NCBI GenBank assembly: GCA_034436595.1
Contig: DAOTUO010000002.1
Location: forward strand, 5,120 to 69,119
Length of the DNA stretch: 64,000 nucleotides
Source: Anaerolineae bacterium
GTDB lineage: Bacteria > Chloroflexota > Anaerolineae > Aggregatilineales > Phototrophicaceae
Reading direction: 5' to 3'
Part shown: positions 38,027 through 46,747 of the stretch, in pieces
Position numbering within the stretch: position 1 is the first letter of the stretch
How the letters are laid out: each line of letters opens with the position of its first letter
The notes under the pieces: generated by a model
What the model was told of the DNA's origin: nothing
Databases searched by the model: none
The model's input: only the letters and a program-made list of their open reading frames with translations
Position numbers and translations under genes: made by a program

Positions 38027-38287
38027 AGAAAAAGCAACGGCAAAAGCACATCAAACACTTTTCCCCTTGCTTATAATGGTTCTAGTGAAAAGGTATTTCA
38101 TGCACACTGATATTTCCCCCATACAAACACGCTAAAGACCTCCTACGCGCTGTGATTTTTTGTATGCGGTGATGTTCCTGCATCCCTCTCATTGTCTACA
38201 ATTGTATAGGATTGGTCTTGCATCGGGCAGAATTTATTCTGTGTCCATCCGTCTATTTTCGATTTATCTACGGAGGCAATCCTAATT

Positions 38288-39952
38288 ATGCTGTATTTAT
38301 CTGTATCCAACATCACAAAAACCTATGGCTTTCATCATATCCTCAATGGCGTGTCGTTTGTCCTCAATATGGGGGAACGCATTGGCTTGGTTGGTGCGAA
38401 TGGTGTGGGCAAATCTACTCTACTCAAAATTATTATGGGGCAAATCGAAGCCGATAGCGGGGGAATTTTCCTCTCTGGCGCGGGACATATTGGCTATCTG
38501 GAGCAAACTGTTCACGCACATGCCCATGAGACGATTGCCGATAGGATTATCGCCTCACAACACACCCTCTATGCCCTAGAAGTGACTCTGCGTAACTTGG
38601 AAGCACAAATGGCGACCACCAAAGGCGATTTATTCAAAACATTGATGCTAGACTATGGCGACAAAACCGAGCGATATGAGCGCATGGGGGGCTATGATGG
38701 CGAACATCGCATTGACACAGTGCTGGCGGGTTTGCGAATTGACCACCTGCCCCGCACACGCTTGGTCAATACCCTATCTGGTGGCGAAAAATCACGCCTC
38801 GCATTGGCGCTATTGCTCCTAGAATCACCCGATATTTTGCTCCTCGATGAGCCGACCAATCACCTTGATTTTGCCAGTTTAGCTTGGTTAGAGGGGTATC
38901 TGCGGACATATCGTGGTGGCGTTTTGATGGTATCACATGACCGCACCTTTTTGAATAAGACAGTCACCAGCATCCTCGAAATTGATGAGCATACCCGCCT
39001 CGCTAAGACCTATAAAGGCGATTACACCACCTATCACCGGGCAAAATTGCGCGAGCGACAAAAGTGGGAAGCCGATTATGCAAATGAGCAAGACGAAATT
39101 AAGGCGTTGCGCCTCGCTATCAAAGAGACTGCCCGCCAAAATACCAATTACCGGACGCATACCGATGGCGATAAGCATGTACTCAATGGCAAAATCGCCA
39201 CCCATGCCCATACTGTCTCCAAACGGGTACGGAGCGCAGAGGAACGGCTCAAGCGTATTGAGCAAAATCCTATCCAGCGCCCACCAACCCCGTTGCAATT
39301 TCGTGCCGATTTATCGCCACAAGCGCTAGAGGGAAAATATCCCCTCACGGTAGAAGGGCTAAGTAAGGCATATAATGGGCAGGTGATATTAGATGATGTG
39401 AGTTTTGCCCTACATGAGTATAGCCGTGTGGTCATCATCGGAGAAAATGGCGCGGGAAAATCTACCCTGCTCAAAATTCTGATGGGACAAGAAACGGCGG
39501 ATGCGGGCGAATTTGCTTTTCATCCACAGACCAAAATCGGGTATCTCGACCAAGAGAACACCGCATTTAACCCTCATAGCACCTTGCTAGAGGCATATTT
39601 AGATGGGCTAGAGGGCGATGAACAACCCCTCAAGGCGATGTTGTTGCAATCTGGGTTATTTTATTATGACGATTTGGGCAAGCGTGTCGGTGATTTGAGC
39701 AGTGGGCAGGGGCGAAAATTGCAACTTGCACGGCTAATGGCGAGCCGTGCTAATTTGCTCATTCTCGATGAACCGACCAATTTCATTAGTTTTGATGTGT
39801 TAGAAGAATTTGAGACGGCGCTCAAAACATTTCCCATGCCCATTATTGTCGCCACACACGATAGACGCTTCATCGAGCAATTTGGCGGGGAGGTATGGCG
39901 ATTAGCAGGCGGAAACTTGGGCGTGGTCGGTGATATTATGCCTGTATTATAG
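38288..39952 (+). CDS. ABC-F family ATPase (two ABC cassettes, no membrane domain)
   Basis: 554 aa. Walker A GANGVGKST and GENGAGKST; signatures LSGGEKSRL and LSSGQGRKL; charged inter-domain linker. GGAGG upstream. Confidence 0.9.
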   Translation: MLYLSVSNITKTYGFHHILNGVSFVLNMGERIGLVGANGVGKSTLLKIIMGQIEADSGGIFLSGAGHIGYLEQTVHAHAHETIADRIIASQHTLYALEVTLRNLEAQMATTKGDLFKTLMLDYGDKTERYERMGGYDGEHRIDTVLAGLRIDHLPRTRLVNTLSGGEKSRLALALLLLESPDILLLDEPTNHLDFASLAWLEGYLRTYRGGVLMVSHDRTFLNKTVTSILEIDEHTRLAKTYKGDYTTYHRAKLRERQKWEADYANEQDEIKALRLAIKETARQNTNYRTHTDGDKHVLNGKIATHAHTVSKRVRSAEERLKRIEQNPIQRPPTPLQFRADLSPQALEGKYPLTVEGLSKAYNGQVILDDVSFALHEYSRVVIIGENGAGKSTLLKILMGQETADAGEFAFHPQTKIGYLDQENTAFNPHSTLLEAYLDGLEGDEQPLKAMLLQSGLFYYDDLGKRVGDLSSGQGRKLQLARLMASRANLLILDEPTNFISFDVLEEFETALKTFPMPIIVATHDRRFIEQFGGEVWRLAGGNLGVVGDIMPVL

Positions 39953-40217
39953 TCGCCAATAGTGATATGCAAGGATGACCCTATGTGGCAATAAATCTGG
40001 TAATTGTCGTATCATCAAAATTGAATACACTATAAATATGGATACTATAACCCATAAATCACCCCCACTTTGTCGGAGTGGAGGCTGATCTAACCAAGCC
40101 CTAACTGAATATTGGTCAAAAATACGCTATGAAAAGCATCTTTTTCATGGCGATTTTTGCGTTGTGGTGGTGGTGTTCATATCGTCATATAGTGTTATCA
40201 CGAAAGGACAAGAGAAT

Positions 40218-41417
40218 ATGTTCCGCAAGTCTGTTAAGCGTCATGCACGGCGCATGACGCTATTTATGCTGGTTTTGTTGGTCATCGAATTTGTAGATGA
40301 ATTTGTCTTTGGCTTGGTTAATGCCGCCATGCCTTTTATCCGTGATGATTTGAGCATGAATTATGACCAAGTGGGGTTGTTATTCACCATACCAAGTCTC
40401 ATTGCCACCTTCATAGAGATGTTTTTTGGGATATGGGGCGATGGTGCAGGCAGGCGCTGGCTCATTATTGGCGGGGGAATTAGCTTTACACTGGCATGTG
40501 CATTGTCTGCTCTGAGCCAAGATTTTAATATGTTTTTATGGTCATTCATCATTTTTTTCCCGTCATCTGGGGCGTTTGTGGCTTTGTCACAAGCCATTTT
40601 GATGGATATTGAACCCACACGGCATCAACAAAATATGGCGCGTTGGACATTTGCGGGGTCATTGGGTGTGGTGGGCGGTAGTATTGTCTTTGGCATCTGG
40701 GGCGATTGGCGCGGGATGTTTGCGTTGTGTGCGGTCTTATCGGCAGGGGCATTGGGCATCATACTAGTTTATTACATCAGTGGCAAAGCTCCACAAGAAG
40801 CAGTAAAAGGCAATGCCGATGAAGAAGCCACACTTTGGGATGGATTAAAAGATGCCTTCACACAAATGCGTCGTAAAGAGGTCTTACGCTGGTTTGCCCT
40901 GTTAGAATTTTCCGATTTGATGATGGATGTCCTGATGGCATATCTGGCGCTGTATTTTGTGGATGTGGTCGGCAAAACCCAAACAGAAGCGGCGATTGCC
41001 GTGGTCATTTGGACAGGTGTCGGCTTAATAGGCGATTTTCTGCTCATCCCCTTATTGGAACGGGTCAATGGATTGGTCTATTTGCGTTCTAGCGCGGGGT
41101 TGATAGGCATCATCTATCCGCTATTTTTGCTTGTGCCATCAGTAGAGATTAAGTTGATATTGCTCGGCACACTCGGATTTTTTAATGCGGGGTGGTATAG
41201 CATTTTGCAGGGCGAGATTTATACCAGCCTGCCCAATAATAGTGCCTCTGCAGAACTCACTATCGGCAATTTGGCGGGTATCGTTGGCAGTTTTATCCCG
41301 TTGGGCGTGGGCATGGTGGCAGAACGGGCAGGTTTGGATGTGGCGATGTGGTTATTATTGCTGGGACCCATTGTGCTGTTAATAGGGATTCCGCGCATCA
41401 AACACGCATCAGAATAA
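40218..41417 (+). CDS. MFS-type transporter
   Basis: About 12 hydrophobic segments. Trimmed to ATG 40218 (MFRKSVKRHARR). Family assignment comes from topology only. Confidence 0.65.
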   Translation: MFRKSVKRHARRMTLFMLVLLVIEFVDEFVFGLVNAAMPFIRDDLSMNYDQVGLLFTIPSLIATFIEMFFGIWGDGAGRRWLIIGGGISFTLACALSALSQDFNMFLWSFIIFFPSSGAFVALSQAILMDIEPTRHQQNMARWTFAGSLGVVGGSIVFGIWGDWRGMFALCAVLSAGALGIILVYYISGKAPQEAVKGNADEEATLWDGLKDAFTQMRRKEVLRWFALLEFSDLMMDVLMAYLALYFVDVVGKTQTEAAIAVVIWTGVGLIGDFLLIPLLERVNGLVYLRSSAGLIGIIYPLFLLVPSVEIKLILLGTLGFFNAGWYSILQGEIYTSLPNNSASAELTIGNLAGIVGSFIPLGVGMVAERAGLDVAMWLLLLGPIVLLIGIPRIKHASE

Positions 41418-41464
41418 CATGCCTTGCTTACTAGGTTGGGTGATGGCGGACAAGCCTTATATGC

Positions 41465-41522
41465 CGTCCCTACGCTCTCAAACACGGTTATATGATTGTA
41501 GGGACGCGATTATATCGCGTCC
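41465..41522. terminator. Two overlapping, mutually exclusive hairpins in the convergent MFS/prfA spacer
   Basis: CGTCCCTAC (41465-41473) pairs with GTAGGGACG (41498-41506). GGACGCGAT TAT ATCGCGTCC spans 41502-41522. The two structures share GGACG. Confidence 0.5.
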
Positions 41523-41526
41523 ACTA

Positions 41527-42597
41527 TTATACGGTGGTATTAGCTAATTTTTCGGCTTGTTCGTGCGTAGCGAGTTCATCTATAAAATCGTCAATCGCAC
41601 CATCTACCACCGCCGTAAGGTTGTAGTTGCTATAATTGATGCGATGGTCGGTCACACGATTTTGGGGATAGTTATAGGTGCGAATTTTTTCTGACCTATC
41701 GCCCGCACCTACTTGGTCACGGCGCTCAGATTCACGTTCTAGCCGTTGCTTCTCTTGTTCGCGTTCATATAACCGATTGAGGAGGATTTGCTTGGCACGT
41801 ATCCGATTTTGTAATTGGCTACGCTCATCCTGACATTCTGCCACAATCCCAGTTGGGATATGCGTCATCCGCACAGCCGAGTCGGTGGTATTGACCGATT
41901 GTCCACCCGCTCCCTGGCTACGATACACATCTACACGGACATCTTTCATATCAAAATCAATGTCAATGTCCTCCAATTCTGCCAAAACCGCAACCGTAGC
42001 GGTGCTGGTATGAATCCGTCCCTGACTTTCGGTGACAGGCACACGCTGAACGCGATGCACACCACTCTCATATTTTAGCCGAGAAAATGCCCCTTTGCCC
42101 TTAATTTCGCACTCAATCCGCCGATATCCACCATTACCTGTTTCGTTTTCCGATGTGACCAGCACCTTCCAGCCTTGTGCTTCGGAATAACGGATATACA
42201 TGCGAAACAAATCGGCGGCAAAAATAGCGGCTTCTTCGCCACCCGCCCCTGCCCGAATTTCCATGATGACATTTTTATCATCACGCGGGTCTTTGGGGAG
42301 GAGCATCAACCGCATAGTCTCTTCAGATTCCACAATGCTGGCTTCGAGGCTGTGCATTTCTTCGCGTGCCATCTCACGTAGTTCCGAATCATTCTCTTCC
42401 TGAAAAATCTGCTTGGCGCTCTCCAACTGGCTCACTTGGCTTTTATAGTCCCGATACACCGTGACCAAATCTTCTAAATCTGACCGTTCTTTAGAATAGA
42501 CGACCATTTTTTCATAGTCATTGGCTGTAGACGGGTCAGACATAAGCCTTTCAAGCTCATCATAGCGTTCATTAACTTTTTCTAACTTTTCTTGCAT
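41527..42597 (-). CDS. prfA: Peptide chain release factor 1
   Basis: 356 aa. GGQ motif (SQGAGGQSVN) and RF1-type P-V-T tripeptide (RVPVTES). Confidence 0.95.
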   Translation of the reverse strand: MQEKLEKVNERYDELERLMSDPSTANDYEKMVVYSKERSDLEDLVTVYRDYKSQVSQLESAKQIFQEENDSELREMAREEMHSLEASIVESEETMRLMLLPKDPRDDKNVIMEIRAGAGGEEAAIFAADLFRMYIRYSEAQGWKVLVTSENETGNGGYRRIECEIKGKGAFSRLKYESGVHRVQRVPVTESQGRIHTSTATVAVLAELEDIDIDFDMKDVRVDVYRSQGAGGQSVNTTDSAVRMTHIPTGIVAECQDERSQLQNRIRAKQILLNRLYEREQEKQRLERESERRDQVGAGDRSEKIRTYNYPQNRVTDHRINYSNYNLTAVVDGAIDDFIDELATHEQAEKLANTTV

Positions 42598-42728
42598 AGA
42601 CGTATTTCTTCCTCAGTTCAACAATTATGTTTTTATTATAGGGGGTATTGGGATTTGTGGGTAGGGGCATGGCATGTCATGGCTGAATCGGCTATAATGA
42701 ACAGGCGTTTTGATTTAGGATACCCCCT

Positions 42729-43931
42729 ATGCACATAGACCATTTATCGCTCCAAAATTTCCGTAATTATGCCCGCTTAGAACTCACCTTCCCAAAACAG
42801 CCGATGGTGCTATATGGCGAGAATGCACAAGGCAAAACCAGCCTATTAGAAGCCCTCGCCTATCTCGCTACGGCAAAATCACCTTATACCACCACTGACC
42901 GCCAACTCATTCACTGGCGCATGGAGACCGAAACAATGCCCTATGCCAGACTCGCGGCAGATATTATGAGTCATGGACGCTTTAACCGCCTCGAAATTAC
43001 CCTCATGCTGGAAAATAATGGCGAAATTGCCCCAAAATTCAAAAAGGTGATTAAACTCAATGGTGTCGAAAAGCGCGTGATGGATATTTTGGGATTGGTC
43101 ACAGTGGTGCTATTTTTGCCACAAGATTTATCGTTGGTAGAGGGGTCTCCCAGTGAACGCAGACGCTTTATGAACGACACCCTCTCACAGGTTGAACGTG
43201 AGTATTATATCGCCCTTGAAGGATATGAAAAATTATTGCCCCAACGCAATGCCTTGCTCAAACGGATTAACGATAAAAAAGCCAAGCAGAACGAGTTGGG
43301 TTATTGGGATGAGCAACTGGTGGCGGTGGGCGCGGTTCTGATTGCGGGCAGGCAACGCTTTTTACGTGAACTGGAATACCTCGCCCAACGCGCTCATCAC
43401 GACCTCACAGGGGGCATCGAAACACTCACACTGGTGTATCAGCCGAGTTTTTTGCCGTCTGCGGATAATAACGGACAGCGTGCCTTTGACCTGTTAGGGC
43501 TGGACTTGCATCGGCAATTATCCCCACAAGACATTGCCCCACAATTTGCCACACAACTGGTTACAGAGCAACGTGAGAGTATTGAGCGTGGCGCGACATT
43601 ATCGGGACCGCACCGCGATGAATTACGACTATTCATCAATGGACGTGATGCGGGGTTATATGGCAGTCGTGGGCAGGCACGCACCGCAGTTTTGGCGCTG
43701 AAATTGGCACAATTAGAATGGATGCACGGGCGCACAGGGGAATATCCATTATTGCTACTCGATGAAGTAGTGGCAGAACTCGATGCCAAACGCCGTGCCT
43801 ATTTGTTGAGTCGTATGAATGACCAATGCCAAACCCTACTCACGACCACTGAGCTAGACACATTTTCGTTTGAATTTTTATCACGGGCGACTGTGTTACA
43901 AGTGGAAAATGGGCAAATCGCCCCAAAATAA
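42729..43931 (+). CDS. recF: DNA replication and repair protein RecF
   Basis: 400 aa. LSLQNFRNY, Walker A GENAQGKTSLLEA, Walker B LLLLDEV. Confidence 0.92.
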   Translation: MHIDHLSLQNFRNYARLELTFPKQPMVLYGENAQGKTSLLEALAYLATAKSPYTTTDRQLIHWRMETETMPYARLAADIMSHGRFNRLEITLMLENNGEIAPKFKKVIKLNGVEKRVMDILGLVTVVLFLPQDLSLVEGSPSERRRFMNDTLSQVEREYYIALEGYEKLLPQRNALLKRINDKKAKQNELGYWDEQLVAVGAVLIAGRQRFLRELEYLAQRAHHDLTGGIETLTLVYQPSFLPSADNNGQRAFDLLGLDLHRQLSPQDIAPQFATQLVTEQRESIERGATLSGPHRDELRLFINGRDAGLYGSRGQARTAVLALKLAQLEWMHGRTGEYPLLLLDEVVAELDAKRRAYLLSRMNDQCQTLLTTTELDTFSFEFLSRATVLQVENGQIAPK

Positions 43932-43958
43932 ACGGGGGGCTTATCACAGCCACCCGTT
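43925..43958 (-). terminator. Terminator-like hairpin downstream of the 43974 gene (overlaps the recF 3' end)
   Basis: AACGGG-G-GGC...GCC-A-CCCGTT (43931-43958). The minus-strand copy is followed by TTATTTT. Confidence 0.45.
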
Positions 43959-43973
43959 ACACAACCTCGTTAT

Positions 43974-44702
43974 TTAAGGCAGGATGAAAATCACATTTTG
44001 CTCTAATGGAACTCTGCCCCAGTTGGTGATTTGACCCTGACAAGTGAATGTTTTACTGCCCATTTTGCCATCGGGATAGGGATAAGCCACGGTGCATTGC
44101 CCATTACCATTATAGGTGAAGGTGATATTGCCTGCGTCATTGCTCCCCAACACATCGCCCGCTTCGGCATTGGCTAAGGCTTCTTGGGTCACACGGAAGG
44201 ACAAAATGCCCGCCCCGTCAAAGATTTGATACACATCATAGCCAGTATCTGGCACGAGATAGGTTTGCGCCAATGCTGCATTATCTCGATAAGCAGGGAA
44301 TGAACAGGCATTTCTGGATAGGAGAACGATACTAGCATCTCCCAATGCGAAGAATTCCCCTCTGAGCGCATCTATGAAGGCTCTGGCGGATTCATCGACA
44401 CCCAGACCAAAGCTGTCTAATTCTTGTGCTTCATCAGTGAACATCCAACCTGTGATTTGATAAACATCACCATTAAGTTCTTCTGAGAAGAAAAGGTCAA
44501 ACTGAACGGGAATCAATTCGACACTCAAGCCTTTTATGTTAACCACAATGCCATCCACATAAATGGGAACTGTCAGTTGAACACAAAACCCTTGCGGAAT
44601 AGGTAATTGTGATTGTTGTGGTGTGTTCGATTTTGCACTAACAGGGGTCAATACCATGCTCAAAATCCCGATGAGTAATGCAACTATCATGAGCCGTTTC
44701 AT
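43974..44702 (-). CDS. Secreted protein of unknown function
   Basis: Trimmed to ATG 44702 (MKRLMIVALLIGILSMVLTPVSA; AAGGA 8 nt upstream). No family recognised. Confidence 0.6.
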   Translation of the reverse strand: MKRLMIVALLIGILSMVLTPVSAKSNTPQQSQLPIPQGFCVQLTVPIYVDGIVVNIKGLSVELIPVQFDLFFSEELNGDVYQITGWMFTDEAQELDSFGLGVDESARAFIDALRGEFFALGDASIVLLSRNACSFPAYRDNAALAQTYLVPDTGYDVYQIFDGAGILSFRVTQEALANAEAGDVLGSNDAGNITFTYNGNGQCTVAYPYPDGKMGSKTFTCQGQITNWGRVPLEQNVIFILP

Positions 44703-44872
44703 ATATGTTCCTTTCATCTGAGAAAAAAATTTCGTATTTATTTATATTTACAGTATAGTCTTATTGATGACGCTAGGTGTACACAAATAAAAAAAATTTA
44801 TTTTTGGGGGCTATGGCTAGATGTACATGTTAAGATATATTTTATGAGTATTAATTTTGGAAGGATTTTTAC

Positions 44873-46624
44873 ATGAGACATCGTTTATGGTTTATCGTAT
44901 CATTTGTGTTGATTGGTTTCGGGATATTTCTCCCACAAGCAGTCACAAAAGCAGCCACCGTCACCTATACATCGTGTCCGACTTTTGCGACTTTAGAAGC
45001 GGATGCCAGCACATCAGGCATAATTACCTTCAATGTAGCGGGGGATTGCATCATTGTCTTTGATTATGAAATTGAAATTGATAGTGCCGTGACCATCACC
45101 AATATCGGCAGTGATGTGATTTTTGATGGCTTTGCATTTACCTATCACTTTGATATTTTTCCTTCTGGCAATTTAACCCTCAATAACCTCAACCTCTATA
45201 ATGGGTATTGTTGTGAGGGTGGGTCTATTTATAACGAAGGCACCCTCACTGTCACCAATAGCCTATTCGATTATAATTTTGCAAGTTTATATGGTGGCGC
45301 GATTTATAACGCAGGCGGGACTGTTTTTCTCACCAACACCGATTTTGCAGATAACGGAGCAGGTTTAGATGGTGGCGCGATTTTGAATGACGGTGGCAAT
45401 CTGACGATTGTCGGTGGCTTATTTGATAGCAATATTACAGGAGAGTATGGTGGGGCAATTGCGGGAGATGGTGCGATGAACATCTCTGGCGCATATTTTG
45501 AAAATAACGAAGCCTCCAGTATGAATGGTGGCGCAATTTATAATTTGGATGGCTCATTAACGGTGTCTAATAGCACCTTTGAGGGCAATTATGCCAATTC
45601 TGGTTATGGTGGTGCCATTAACCAAGAAGATGGAACAACCATCATCACAGGAAGCACTTTTTATGATAACTATGCGGATGATGGTGGTGCGGTGAATAAC
45701 GACTATGGCACGATGACCATCAGCCACAGCAGTTTTTATTTCAACACTGCATCGTATGGTGGGGCAATATATAATTTTGATGGTGCGGTTTTGAATGTGA
45801 GTAACAGCACCTTCTATGGCAATGAAGGTTATACTCAGGGAGGTGTATTTTATAATAACGATGCAACTGCTACCTTCACGCATGTGACAATGGCAAACAA
45901 CACTTCTCCACTTGGCGCGACATTACATAATTATGATGGTGCTTCTACCACGATAATCGCCAGTATTTTATCGGGCGGGGATTGTAATTTGGAAAGTGGC
46001 TCAATCAATGATGGTGGCAATAATATTCAGTTCAATGCACCCGGTTGTGTTGGCACAGATGCAGACCCACTGCTTGGGGCGTTTGCGGGTGGTGTGATGT
46101 ATCCCGCGTTGGGGTCTCCTGCCATTGATATTTATGGCGCACCCTGTTTGGTCGCAAATGACCAGTTAGGGACAGTCCGTCCCAACGGCACGGGTTGCGA
46201 TGCAGGTGCGACAGAAGGCGATGGTTCTACGGTGGTGGTGGTTGCGCCGAGTGTGACGGGTCCAGAGGTGATTGGGTGTGTATTCGATACCCCCAATGGC
46301 ATGGCAATCGGCAATGTGCCAGATAACACCTATTGCACCGTTCTCATGCGAAATGGTGGTGTGGTCAATTATTCGGGTGCTGTCCCAGCCGAATTGATTG
46401 GGCTTGGTGTGATTTTTGCGGTGGATGTTTATCGTTTAGAGGGTGGTCAGAGTATTCAGGAATTCCCAGATTATGGTCAAGTATGCTTACGTGGCTCTGG
46501 TCGCTTATTTTATATGGATGCGCGGAATATGCCCCGTTATTCTGTCGAAATGCCCACTGAACGCGTAGATGGCATGACCTGTGCATGGATTCCCGCACCG
46601 GGGACATTGATTTTGACGAATTAA
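44873..46624 (+). CDS. Secreted parallel beta-helix protein with Pmp-type (GGAI / FxxN) repeats
   Basis: 583 aa. Signal peptide, then at least nine ~23-25-aa units such as GGAIYNAGGTVFLTNTDFADN, GGAIYNLDGSLTVSNSTFEGN and GGAIYNFDGAVLNVSNSTFYGN. Confidence 0.7.
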   Translation: MRHRLWFIVSFVLIGFGIFLPQAVTKAATVTYTSCPTFATLEADASTSGIITFNVAGDCIIVFDYEIEIDSAVTITNIGSDVIFDGFAFTYHFDIFPSGNLTLNNLNLYNGYCCEGGSIYNEGTLTVTNSLFDYNFASLYGGAIYNAGGTVFLTNTDFADNGAGLDGGAILNDGGNLTIVGGLFDSNITGEYGGAIAGDGAMNISGAYFENNEASSMNGGAIYNLDGSLTVSNSTFEGNYANSGYGGAINQEDGTTIITGSTFYDNYADDGGAVNNDYGTMTISHSSFYFNTASYGGAIYNFDGAVLNVSNSTFYGNEGYTQGGVFYNNDATATFTHVTMANNTSPLGATLHNYDGASTTIIASILSGGDCNLESGSINDGGNNIQFNAPGCVGTDADPLLGAFAGGVMYPALGSPAIDIYGAPCLVANDQLGTVRPNGTGCDAGATEGDGSTVVVVAPSVTGPEVIGCVFDTPNGMAIGNVPDNTYCTVLMRNGGVVNYSGAVPAELIGLGVIFAVDVYRLEGGQSIQEFPDYGQVCLRGSGRLFYMDARNMPRYSVEMPTERVDGMTCAWIPAPGTLILTN

Positions 46625-46644
46625 ATCATAATAACTCGGTTTGG

Positions 46645-46680
46645 TGGCGGACATACGATCTTAACAGGTCTAGTCCGCCA
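46645..46680. repeat. REP-like hairpin 1 (TGGCGGAC...GTCCGCCA)
   Basis: 8-bp arms at 46645-46652 and 46673-46680. The left arm continues as TGGCGGACATACGA, identical to 49330-49343. Confidence 0.6.
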
Positions 46681-46708
46681 TTACACCACCAAAGAATAAT
46701 AATCGTAA

Positions 46709-46747
46709 TGGCGGACTAACGCGAAGCGTGTATGTCCGCCACTTTTT
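46709..46747. repeat. REP-like hairpin 2 with the same arms in inverted orientation; doubles as terminator
   Basis: Arms at 46709-46716 and 46734-46741, followed by CTTTTT. The reverse complement of the right arm reads GGCGGACATAC. Confidence 0.6.

Noticed and set aside
46645-46747. Repeated hairpins considered as a miniature CRISPR array
   Set aside because: There are only two copies, in inverted orientation and with unequal spacing, and no cas genes. They are interpreted as REP-like terminator palindromes.
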